Source of the DNA: a virus
DNA length: 46,477 nt
Reading direction: 5' to 3' (one strand)
IMG/VR virus record: IMGVR_UViG_3300045988_130925
Span: 1 to 46,477 of that record
In this document: positions 35,908 to 43,753 of the stretch, in pieces
Position numbering within the stretch: position 1 is the first letter of the stretch
How the letters are laid out: the number at the start of each line of letters is the position of its first letter
The notes under the pieces: model-generated
Seen by the model: the letters and a program-made list of their open reading frames with translations, nothing else
The model's database searches: none
What the model was told of the DNA's origin: nothing
Translations under genes and position numbers: made by a program

Positions 35908-36368
35908 GTTTAAAAACGGATTATAAAGACGATATTTATTCTGGGAAACGGCGCTATCGAATAATCCAGAACGATGATGGAACAGTATCATTTGATGATG
36001 TCACTGATTACACGCAAGATGGCGATATTTACAGTGCCGGAGACGTTAATGAAACAAATAAGGCGGTTAACCAAAACGCTGGTGATATAGCGGACATACA
36101 AAAGTTGCGGTATGCCACATTTAAGGCCGCTGATTGGTCTCAGTCCGCGCCTTATATTCAGCGTGTTGTTGTACCTGGTATGACGGTAAACGATGTGCCT
36201 ATCATATCTTTACATATTGCAGATGGTACCACATCCTCAGATGCAAAGGCGCAAGGCAAAGCATATGGATATGTTGATCGCGCTGTTTCCGGAGGCGGCC
36301 AGCTCGCGCTTTATTGCTATAACTCAAAGCCGTTGGTAGATTTTACCGTAGCTATAAAAGGAGTGTAA
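35904..36368 (+). CDS. tail structural protein (hypothetical)
   Basis: Operon position; ATGA overlap. Confidence 0.45.
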   Translation: MSLKTDYKDDIYSGKRRYRIIQNDDGTVSFDDVTDYTQDGDIYSAGDVNETNKAVNQNAGDIADIQKLRYATFKAADWSQSAPYIQRVVVPGMTVNDVPIISLHIADGTTSSDAKAQGKAYGYVDRAVSGGGQLALYCYNSKPLVDFTVAIKGV

Positions 36369-36370
36369 GT

Positions 36371-36778
36371 ATGGCAGATGCGATAGTATTGCGCGGCGGT
36401 TCTGGTTTTGATGATTCACAGCTTACAGCTACGCCGGATAAGGTCAGGAATGGGAAAACGTTTTATGGATCCGGAAGTGACAGCATACAGACCGGAACCG
36501 TTACCGAGATTGCGGCAGAAACAGTAACGCTACCTCTGAATGGATCTTACACCATACCGCAAGGAATCCATTCTGGAAACGGCAAGGTGGTACAGAGTTT
36601 GCAGACAAGCTCAGGCGGTACCGTATATCCAACCAGTGAAAAACAGACTGTGCAAACCGCGAATAAATACATGACGGACAATGTATATGTGGCACCGCTT
36701 ACCGGACTTAAGCCAGAAAACATCAAAAAAGGCGTAACTATACTTGGAGTTACCGGAACTTATGAGGGGTACAGTTGA
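36371..36778 (+). CDS. fibre-module paralog A (short)
   Basis: Shares LTATP..V..G..FYGSG.D.IQTGT ... LKPENIKKG ... GT.EGY with the next ORF. Confidence 0.5.
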   Translation: MADAIVLRGGSGFDDSQLTATPDKVRNGKTFYGSGSDSIQTGTVTEIAAETVTLPLNGSYTIPQGIHSGNGKVVQSLQTSSGGTVYPTSEKQTVQTANKYMTDNVYVAPLTGLKPENIKKGVTILGVTGTYEGYS

Positions 36779-37791
36779 TGGGAGAGTGTATTATTAAGCG
36801 TCAGGGCGGCGCAGTAGATGTTTCAGATCTTACAGCCACACCAGCAGACGTTGTGGCTGGAGAAAGGTTTTATGGATCTGGAATTGATGAAATTCAGACC
36901 GGAACTCAGAAAAATAATGGGAAAATCAGCAAAGTACTTGCAGCCAATGAAACGTATGTTATTCCGGCTGGATATGTTGATGCAGGATCTTCGGTAACTC
37001 AGAATATTGTTACAAATGGTGAAATGACGGTTAATCCGGTCGCAAACGGGTCCTTACTCAATGTATCTGGTAAGTATATGACAGGGGACATAACGGTAAA
37101 TGGAGTAGAGAATCTTAAACCCGAGAACATCAAAAAAGGGGCTTTTATCGGTTCTGTTGCTGGCACATTTGAAGGATATGTGAATACAGATCAGCTTACG
37201 CCGTATTGGTATGGTGTGTTTCCTCCTGGACAAACAGGTTTCTATGACAGCGCACTTTATCAGAATCCATCTAGTGCTGGCCCAAACTTTTCCAGCATGG
37301 TATATGCGCAGATGTCTGTTGATTGGCAATATCCAGTTGATGATGGGGCAAAAGGAAGTTGCATAAAAATAGAAGGAGAAAAAATAAAAGGTTATACGAC
37401 TTATGTTGCTCCATATATAACATTTAATAAGCAAATAAATATATCCGAATGTAAGTCTATAACAATATGCTATACTCTTCCATCAAGAGCTTATGACCAG
37501 ACATTGTCGACACTCGTATTGTCGCAAAATAAGCCAGGAACTTTTGATACAGGAACGGTATACGAACCAACTCCTTCCCATGATGCTCTTGTCGTTGCAT
37601 CTGCGTTAGGTTCATATGAAGTTTTTCATTTGGATTACTCAAACGGTTCGGATGAATGGATTGTAAAAACTTTTACAATTAAAAACCCGTTTAAATACAA
37701 TTACATTTCTTTTGTTCCGTTTAGAATTCCTGCAGATAATGGTACAAGCCCATTTGTATCAAAAGTTCGATACATAAAGTTTAATAAATAA
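36775..37791 (+). CDS. fibre-module paralog B with an added ~200-aa C-terminal domain (receptor-binding candidate)
   Basis: The N-terminal 135 aa are paralogous to 36371-36778. Confidence 0.5.
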   Translation: MMGECIIKRQGGAVDVSDLTATPADVVAGERFYGSGIDEIQTGTQKNNGKISKVLAANETYVIPAGYVDAGSSVTQNIVTNGEMTVNPVANGSLLNVSGKYMTGDITVNGVENLKPENIKKGAFIGSVAGTFEGYVNTDQLTPYWYGVFPPGQTGFYDSALYQNPSSAGPNFSSMVYAQMSVDWQYPVDDGAKGSCIKIEGEKIKGYTTYVAPYITFNKQINISECKSITICYTLPSRAYDQTLSTLVLSQNKPGTFDTGTVYEPTPSHDALVVASALGSYEVFHLDYSNGSDEWIVKTFTIKNPFKYNYISFVPFRIPADNGTSPFVSKVRYIKFNK

Positions 37792-37802
37792 AGGAGATCA
37801 TT

Positions 37803-38399
37803 ATGAGCAACGAAAACGTATCTTTACCAGTAGCGGAAGCACTTGCATCAGCACTTGCAAAGATAGAAGCATATGTCCCCACCGAGTACGTTGATAACTC
37901 AGAACCGGACATTGACGCTGAACACCTCAATCACGCAGAACAGGGCATCATGAGAGTGACGAACCTGTTAAATGCTGCTGTTGATGTTATACAGGGCCAG
38001 GAAAGCCGCCTTTCGGATGCTGAAACAAAGGTAGGAACCGCGGCGCTGACCGGCGGTATGACAGATTTATCCAGTGGTCTTAATAAGTTAAATAGTGATT
38101 TTTTTAATAGGATTGATGCCACAAAAATATCTTTATTAACACAGCCGAGTGGAACAACAATACGGCAAAAAATTGAAAACTGCCAAAAAGGTACATTGTG
38201 CTCATGGGCACATAATCCTAGCGAATTATATAATCCCACTGGGAAAAACGGTACATGGAGTTTCTTAATTGTAAGAGCCGACAAAGAAATGTATACTATT
38301 TGCCTTGCTTGTGAAGGCGGCAGTAAACTCTACATATATTCATATAACGCAAATGCTTGGTATGGAATGGATGGCACTATTGTACGGCAATTTAACTGA
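37803..38399 (+). CDS. tail fibre protein with a potentially switchable C-terminus
   Basis: DIDAEHLNHAEQGI motif typical of fibres. Carries the left arm of a 13-bp inverted repeat at 38089-38101. Confidence 0.55.
   Translation: MSNENVSLPVAEALASALAKIEAYVPTEYVDNSEPDIDAEHLNHAEQGIMRVTNLLNAAVDVIQGQESRLSDAETKVGTAALTGGMTDLSSGLNKLNSDFFNRIDATKISLLTQPSGTTIRQKIENCQKGTLCSWAHNPSELYNPTGKNGTWSFLIVRADKEMYTICLACEGGSKLYIYSYNANAWYGMDGTIVRQFN
38089..38101 (+). repeat. left arm of a perfect 13-bp inverted repeat TAAATAGTGATTT
   Basis: The reverse complement is present at 38711-38723. Encodes LNSD in frame. Confidence 0.9.
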
Positions 38400-38403
38400 C
38401 TTG

Positions 38404-38739
38404 TTATCTGAAAATTAATACAAAATTAGCAGTCAGATCTCCGTTAAAATTGGCGTTAGCAAGAACCGTCACAGATGTTCCGTTAAATGTACAAGATACA
38501 AATATATCCTTATCCACTCCAGTCGATTTATGTATACTTGCGACAGCTGGACAAACAACTGAATATTTTGTTGTTAGATTAATATAATTCCAACCATCTT
38601 TTATACCAGAAATCGCAATAGTGAGTACAACTACATTTCCATATTTATATGCATAAGTGACTTTTGTATTTGCCGGAGCTGTAAATTGATCGACAACACT
38701 CTTGACATTTAAATCACTATTTAGGGGCTGATGGATCAA
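38404..38739 (-). CDS. start-less alternative fibre C-terminal cassette (silent in this orientation)
   Basis: Only a TTG start and no RBS. Begins ...PLNSDL at the inverted repeat. Beta-rich 111 aa, tail-to-tail with the fibre gene. Confidence 0.55.
   Translation of the reverse strand: MIHQPLNSDLNVKSVVDQFTAPANTKVTYAYKYGNVVVLTIAISGIKDGWNYINLTTKYSVVCPAVASIHKSTGVDKDIFVSCTFNGTSVTVLANANFNGDLTANFVLIFR
38711..38723 (-). repeat. right arm of the 13-bp inverted repeat
   Basis: AAATCACTATTTA is the reverse complement of 38089-38101. Encodes LNSD in the minus ORF in the same codon register. Confidence 0.9.
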
Positions 38740-38797
38740 ACGGAAAGTATATTAAGGGCTTCTGGGTGTCGAAAAGACGATAAAATTTTTCTTTCAT

Positions 38798-39211
38798 TTG
38801 GAGGTGAGAACAACGATTCATATAACAATTGGATATGATTGTGGAGATTCCTGCTATTGTGACAAAGCAAAAATTTGTAAACATCGTGGCAGATATAAAT
38901 TCCACAATTTTTCAGTTAGCTTGCACACGTTCTTTGAATACAGACTACATATTAAACTTCCATATTTAATTTATATAGGACAAAAATGGGAAAGATTGAG
39001 TGGAACTGACAAATGTCCTTATCATAAAAGTAGAAATTATACTTGCCATGATTGTAAATTTGTTGGTGGAGAATTACTTAGGGATTGTTATTGTACAGAA
39101 AGGACGAATACAAATTATAAGGATTTGAAGCCTGATATTGAGACAAAAGATTGGGGCAAGCAATGCGCTTATTTTGAAAAATGTGAATGGGCAGATGACT
39201 ATTTACGGTGA
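38798..39211 (+). CDS. Cys-rich hypothetical protein (AT-rich moron region)
   Basis: 15 Cys in 137 aa (CGDSCYCDKAKIC, CPYH, CHDC, CYC, CAYFEKC). Start uncertain (TTG/GTG only). Confidence 0.4.
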   Translation: MEVRTTIHITIGYDCGDSCYCDKAKICKHRGRYKFHNFSVSLHTFFEYRLHIKLPYLIYIGQKWERLSGTDKCPYHKSRNYTCHDCKFVGGELLRDCYCTERTNTNYKDLKPDIETKDWGKQCAYFEKCEWADDYLR

Positions 39212-39278
39212 TATTCAAAATGTGAAAAAGCATTACTATGTATATATCAATATCTTACAGAAAGAAAGGAAACATCTT

Positions 39279-39554
39279 ATGGAAAAAGAAATGAACATCC
39301 AGGAACCGTTACACCGCAACTGTGCACCTCATGATGCAGCACACTGTGATATCAACGATCATCATAACAACGCGAAAAACGGCTTTGATGCTGAGGCTGA
39401 TGACTGCGGCCATACTGTGCAGTCCGGCCCTGGAGTTGGAATTCCGAAAGGTGCAGGCCATCCGGTTAATGGAACTGTTGTAGCTGGATTTACTCCAACC
39501 AGCGCTAAGGGGAATAAAGATAAAGATCAGAAGCACGGGCCTGGTGCAAAATAA
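39279..39554 (+). CDS. small His/Gly/Asp-rich hypothetical protein
   Basis: ATG 39279 after AAGGAAACATCTT; followed by a strong hairpin. Confidence 0.45.
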   Translation: MEKEMNIQEPLHRNCAPHDAAHCDINDHHNNAKNGFDAEADDCGHTVQSGPGVGIPKGAGHPVNGTVVAGFTPTSAKGNKDKDQKHGPGAK

Positions 39555-39640
39555 CGCGAATATTCTGAGGTCGGAAATGGTTCCTGACACACTCCGTGTT
39601 GAGTACCTGAGATGATGGATACACCGCCCATCCAGAATAA

Positions 39641-39666
39641 TTCGTGTTGCATTTCGTGTTGCATAG
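39641..39666 (+). repeat. 26-bp direct repeat copy 1 (TTCGTGTTGCATTTCGTGTTGCATAG), arm-type site candidate
   Basis: 25/26 identical to 39846-39871. Internally two GTGTTGCAT units. Confidence 0.8.
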
Positions 39667-39727
39667 TATTTAAAGATGTATCATTTTTGATATATTTATG
39701 CGACAAGTGATAAATACTTATAACACC

Positions 39728-39770
39728 AAAAGCCGCATAAAACCTAAGCTCTAGGTTCTATGCGGCTTTT
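39728..39770. terminator. long hairpin (about 18-bp stem) with A and T tracts, bidirectional terminator
   Basis: AAAAGCCGCATAAAACCTA-loop-TAGGTTCTATGCGGCTTTT. Confidence 0.6.
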
Positions 39771-39785
39771 GGTGATTTTGGACCC

Positions 39786-39810
39786 ACAGGTTCAAGTCCT
39801 GTTGCCCGCA
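39786..39810 (+). other. 3-prime fragment of a tRNA gene (T arm plus acceptor strand); attP core candidate
   Basis: ACAGG-TTCAAGT-CCTGT then TGCCCGC-A. No matching 5-prime acceptor upstream. Confidence 0.6.
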
Positions 39811-39829
39811 CTGAAAATTTGGCTTAAAA

Positions 39830-40954
39830 TCAGGACTTTTCGGAGTTCGTGTTGCATTTTGTGTTGCATAGCTCCGAAAAGTAGTCATTAGCCTTACGAT
39901 TCATAGCTTCTTCTTTGCTCTCCATAACATGCCGATAAATCTGCTTTAACACTCCATCATTTCCCCACCCGCCGCGCTGCATGATGTATGCGTCCGGTAT
40001 TCCTATCGCGTGCTGAATGGATGCGCAGTAATGGCGCAAATCGTGAAAACGGAAGTGAGGTATTCCGGCTTCTGCCAGTATGTCAGAAAAGCAGTTTGAT
40101 ATCTGATATGGCATTAGTCCGACCATATTTTTGCCAGTTCTATTTTTTAGTTTTTGAATAACGAAATCGGGAAAAGTTATGTATCGGTCCCCGGCATAGC
40201 TTTTAGTTTTTTTATACACCCATTCGTGGCTGTCATTCAGCACCATAGCATATTCCACATACACTACATTCCCTACGACATGATCGGATGCAAGCGCGCA
40301 TATCTCGCTGCGCCGCATCGGTCCGAATGCAGCCAGAAGAACAGGCAGCTCCATGTCTGTATCCTTTACCGCCGCCATAAGGCGCTTCACATCATCATCA
40401 GAGGGCACATAGAGCTTTTGCCGTACCTTTGCCGGGAGCTTTGTTTTAACCGCGAAATCCGGCCTATAAACGGTCAATACGGATGTCAAAAGACCGTGCA
40501 TGTTTCTAACGCTCTTCGGTGAGTGCGTCAGAGCTTCCCGGTTAATTTCTTCCTGTATGTCCTCTTGCGTGATGGTGTAGATATCCATATCCATGAGATT
40601 TGCCAGGTCCTTTTTTCTGGACCGTTTGTATTCACGTATGGTGGACGGAGACAGGACAGAGGAGCGGAGCGCTATATAGCTATCCATAGCTTGGCCGAGC
40701 GTCATCTTTTCTTTTTCCGGTTCCTCTCGTTTGATAAGTTCTTTGCTTGCTGCCCAGATGGCAGCTTCCCGCTCAACATCCCGTTTCCCTTTTGGTGTAG
40801 GGTCATCGTTTGTGAATGATTTGTAGATTCTCTTTTTCTTCGGCTTGCCTTTATCATCCAGAACCGGCTCCCCGTTCTTATCTCGTACATCCTCAAATCT
40901 GTCAAACACCTGGACTCTCCATGATCCAGATGGTAATTTTTTTGCTTTTGCCAT
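39830..40954 (-). CDS. int: tyrosine integrase
   Basis: 374 aa. C-terminal catalytic region ...RRSEICAL... HDLRHYCAS ... GGWGNDGVLKQIYRH (R, H-x-x-R, Y). Adjacent to the att-like site. Confidence 0.95.
   Translation of the reverse strand: MAKAKKLPSGSWRVQVFDRFEDVRDKNGEPVLDDKGKPKKKRIYKSFTNDDPTPKGKRDVEREAAIWAASKELIKREEPEKEKMTLGQAMDSYIALRSSVLSPSTIREYKRSRKKDLANLMDMDIYTITQEDIQEEINREALTHSPKSVRNMHGLLTSVLTVYRPDFAVKTKLPAKVRQKLYVPSDDDVKRLMAAVKDTDMELPVLLAAFGPMRRSEICALASDHVVGNVVYVEYAMVLNDSHEWVYKKTKSYAGDRYITFPDFVIQKLKNRTGKNMVGLMPYQISNCFSDILAEAGIPHFRFHDLRHYCASIQHAIGIPDAYIMQRGGWGNDGVLKQIYRHVMESKEEAMNRKANDYFSELCNTKCNTNSEKS
39846..39871 (+). repeat. 26-bp direct repeat copy 2, overlaps the integrase 3-prime end
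   Basis: TTCGTGTTGCATTTTGTGTTGCATAG. Confidence 0.8.
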
Positions 40955-41080
40955 AATAGTATCACTCCTTTTTTGGTATAAAAAATACAGCCACCAGATT
41001 TAGTGATTTATCTTGCGTGACTGCTGCCGGATGTGATATTATATCAGTGTAGGTTTTGTGATTTTATCACATCCTTAAAA

Positions 41081-41117
41081 CGTCTGGTGTTGGTAGCACC
41101 GGGCGTTTTTTATTTTG
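41081..41117. terminator. hairpin CGTCTGGTG-7 nt-CACCGGGCG followed by a T-run
   Basis: Read directly. T-run on the plus side and a TTTT on the minus side; lies between the lysogeny operon end and int. Confidence 0.5.
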
Positions 41118-41235
41118 GTGATATAACCATAGGTTTTTCTGATATGATAAAAATAAAAAGGATGGTATTTTATGTTTATATCAAAAAAACGATGGAATAA
41201 CTTAGTAAATCGTGTTGAGCGTCTGGAAAGCATCG

Positions 41236-41499
41236 TCACTCCTGAGAATGCCCCCTCTCCTCTGCGGCAGATGAAAGCTGCTGTAAGAGAAGTTTTTGAA
41301 TCTGGCGTTCATCCAGCTCAACGATCTGGTTCTCAATCAGCAGATCAAGAATCATCTGTACCGAAAGGTAAGTAGATAGCTTAATTCCGTTCAGGAGCAT
41401 TTGGGAGTATATCTTTTGCTCCGAATCCTGTTCGGATGTTCCTGAAAAGAGCACATCAAATACCTGTTCCGTCTGCGATTCCGTAGAATCACAGATCAT
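41236..41499 (-). CDS. hypothetical protein, last gene of the lysogeny operon (uncertain)
   Basis: ATG 41499 overlaps the upstream stop (ATGATCTGTGA coupling). Competes with plus-strand ORF 41172-41375. Confidence 0.35.
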   Translation of the reverse strand: MICDSTESQTEQVFDVLFSGTSEQDSEQKIYSQMLLNGIKLSTYLSVQMILDLLIENQIVELDERQIQKLLLQQLSSAAEERGHSQE

Positions 41500-42172
41500 C
41501 TTGTATATTGCCTTTTTCGTTGTTTCTTTCATGTGGTTCGTATTGTTCCATTTCTTCCTGGTGGTTAAGATATGCGTTGCAGATCAATCCATACATTAAA
41601 GCTTGTTCATCTGACATTTCTGGCTTCTTTACCTGTGCAGGTGCTGGCTTTTTTACTGGTTCCAACTCTGCTTTCTTGATTTCTTTCGGAACCATCTCCG
41701 ATTGCGGAATACATACAGTTATAGGCTTCGGCCAGCATTGTTCATTTGCTTCTTCTTGCTCTTCCTGGTGTTCCAGGAATGCGTTGCAAATTGAGCCGTA
41801 TCTCAAAGCCTGTTCATTAGACATTTCCAGTTCCTTTGTCGGTGTAGGAATCTGCTTTTTGGCTTGCTCTGACTGACATTGTTTTTCTTGCTCTTCAAGC
41901 TCTTCTGCGTGTAGGTCTTCATCAGTGCCGCAAGCACGCCGAGAATGGATTTTTTGTATCAATCCGATAATCATACTGGCTATGATGATGAAAACGGCCA
42001 GAACGGCAAAAATGAACGCCATAGCAACAAGGAAAGCTCCGGCCATCATTAAAAATCCTATAAGCACCGCTATAGCAGCTATCCATACAACAATACGAGT
42101 TTGTTGTATCAAATACAGTATAGGTTCGAGCCACCAGCCGAGTACCAACCAGTATAAACACCCTTTTTTCAT
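41489..42172 (-). CDS. multi-TM membrane protein with a duplicated acidic C-terminal motif
   Basis: GGGAG RBS. Three N-terminal TM helices. Two copies of EMS[ND]EQAL.YG.ICNA.L.HQEE. Confidence 0.6.
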   Translation of the reverse strand: MKKGCLYWLVLGWWLEPILYLIQQTRIVVWIAAIAVLIGFLMMAGAFLVAMAFIFAVLAVFIIIASMIIGLIQKIHSRRACGTDEDLHAEELEEQEKQCQSEQAKKQIPTPTKELEMSNEQALRYGSICNAFLEHQEEQEEANEQCWPKPITVCIPQSEMVPKEIKKAELEPVKKPAPAQVKKPEMSDEQALMYGLICNAYLNHQEEMEQYEPHERNNEKGNIQDDL

Positions 42173-42190
42173 ACTACAAGCTCCCGAATA

Positions 42191-42832
42191 TCATTCCAAG
42201 CCGATTTGTACTTTCTGATATAGCTTGCCGTCCATAAAGTATAACTCTGCGTTTGCGCCGCTATATTCATTGGCATACCACATATATGCTGTCATGTTTG
42301 TATCTATTATTTCGGACTCAGCAAGTGGAGTTCCAGCAGATCCAATTATTTTCTCACATTGCTCATATGTCATTCCAATTTCACACTGGTTAAACGCTTC
42401 CAACGTAATTTTTTTGTCGTGCATAATGGAAGACATATTATTCATGTAGAAAAAGAATGAACCCAGCAGAATGATGAAGGCAGATATCCAGCATAATGCT
42501 TTTTTTCTTCCTGGCATGTAATTATATGCCGATCGGCAATCAATTCTTTCATACTGTTCGTTCAGTTTCACATCTGGGTAGCCAATTTGGACGGTATCTA
42601 AAAATTCTGAAACTTGTTCGTTTTTATTTTTCCGAAACAAGAATGTTTCAACCGAACCGTTCTTTCCGTGGAATCTCAGATATCCAAATCTCCCATGATC
42701 TCCATAGCAATATGCTATTTCCTTTATTTTTCTGAAAGAAGATGCTTTCGATGGCATTAAAAACTCGGACAACAAAAAACTCTTATCAGAATATAAAAGC
42801 TCCTGCCGGATTCCTTTTATTGTGGTGTTCAT
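42191..42832 (-). CDS. single-pass membrane protein with a C-terminal DUF3862/BLIP-like extracellular domain (tentative)
   Basis: ATG 42832 after GAGG. TM ALCWISAFIILLGSFFFYM. C-terminus ITLEAFNQCEIGMTYEQCEKIIGSAG...YKV pattern. Confidence 0.55.
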   Translation of the reverse strand: MNTTIKGIRQELLYSDKSFLLSEFLMPSKASSFRKIKEIAYCYGDHGRFGYLRFHGKNGSVETFLFRKNKNEQVSEFLDTVQIGYPDVKLNEQYERIDCRSAYNYMPGRKKALCWISAFIILLGSFFFYMNNMSSIMHDKKITLEAFNQCEIGMTYEQCEKIIGSAGTPLAESEIIDTNMTAYMWYANEYSGANAELYFMDGKLYQKVQIGLE

Positions 42833-42840
42833 TAAAAACC

Positions 42841-43266
42841 TCAAATTTTCTTAAATTTCAAAAAATTTTCTGCATATCCGGTTAATGCGGATAGCTGATT
42901 CAATGTAAATCCAGGATGTTCCAGTACAACGCTGTCCGGTACAAGCAGTTCTACAGCAAAGGTATGTGCTTCAATCTCTGCCCTGTTTCTGTACAACGTG
43001 TCTGGTATCCAGTTAAAAAAGAAGTAGTCTTCCCGGTGCATCACGGCATGGCCCAGTTCATGAGCCGCTACCATCTTCTGTGTAGGTGTATCCAGATCAC
43101 TGTTTATGTAAATGAAGCGTTCCCCCGCTATGGTTAAGCAGCATCCGAATATCTTACCTAAAGGCCCAACCTGTGTATATACCCCCTGTTGCTCCGCAAT
43201 CTCAAACGGATCATTTGTATGGTATTTCTCCATTAGTTCTACGGCTGTCCTTTTTGCATCTTCCAT
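42841..43266 (-). CDS. ImmA/IrrE-family zinc metallopeptidase
   Basis: HELGHAVMH (HEXXH); directly downstream of the XRE repressor gene. Confidence 0.9.
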   Translation of the reverse strand: MEDAKRTAVELMEKYHTNDPFEIAEQQGVYTQVGPLGKIFGCCLTIAGERFIYINSDLDTPTQKMVAAHELGHAVMHREDYFFFNWIPDTLYRNRAEIEAHTFAVELLVPDSVVLEHPGFTLNQLSALTGYAENFLKFKKI

Positions 43267-43278
43267 GTTCTACCTCTC

Positions 43279-43656
43279 CTATTTTTTGCGCTGTTTGAAT
43301 GCAAGCGCAACGGAAATCTTAATCTGGTTAAGCAGTAAATCTATGCTTTCCGGATCTGCGGGATGTCCGTCAAAGTATAACGGTTTGCCTTCCCCGCTTT
43401 TTAATAGTTTCTCGATGCGGTCAAACTCCGCTTTTAAATCAATATGCGTTTCTTGTGCAACGGCTTCCTCCTCTCCGTTGAGATAATCAACAGACACATC
43501 CAGATAATCTGCGATTTTTTTCAGCCTGTCATATGGAAATACTCCCTTTCTCAACTGTGAAATATACCCATTTGCAAAACCGAGGTCTTTTTCTAACTTA
43601 GATATAGGTATCTTTCTCTCTTTGCATATTGCTTTCACATTCTCAACACTATTCAT
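43279..43656 (-). CDS. XRE-family repressor (CI-like)
   Basis: ATG 43656 after AGGAGGTA. HTH ISKLEKDLGFANGYISQLRKG. Divergent from the cro-like gene. Confidence 0.85.
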   Translation of the reverse strand: MNSVENVKAICKERKIPISKLEKDLGFANGYISQLRKGVFPYDRLKKIADYLDVSVDYLNGEEEAVAQETHIDLKAEFDRIEKLLKSGEGKPLYFDGHPADPESIDLLLNQIKISVALAFKQRKK

Positions 43657-43672
43657 GTAATACCTCCTAAAT

Positions 43673-43753
43673 TTAGAGAAAAACCTAAAAAATAGTATTG
43701 ACAAATTAGAGAGAACTCTATATAATAGGCTTGTAAGTTAGAGAAAAGCCTAA
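43673..43753. promoter_or_regulatory. operator repeats TTAGAGA(A/G)AA..CT(A)A at 43673, 43706 and 43738 (further variants at 43795 and inverted near 43826)
   Basis: Read directly. The middle copy fills the spacer of the consensus promoter. Confidence 0.5.
43698..43726 (+). promoter_or_regulatory. consensus sigma-70-type promoter TTGACA-17 nt-TATAAT (early rightward)
   Basis: Perfect hexamers with a 17-nt spacer, read directly. Confidence 0.7.

Noticed and set aside
39772-39779. GTGATTT(T) shared between the fibre inverted repeat, the attP region and the int upstream region (41005, 41059), as a hint that Int acts on the inverton
   Set aside because: A 7- to 9-mer in AT-rich DNA is expected several times by chance in 46 kb. 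This is not evidence on its own.
41172-41375. 67-aa plus-strand ORF between int and the lysogeny operon
   Set aside because: It competes with minus-strand ORF 41236-41499 and its C-terminal half looks random. It does have an RBS (AAAGGATGG), so it is not excluded and the question stays unresolved.
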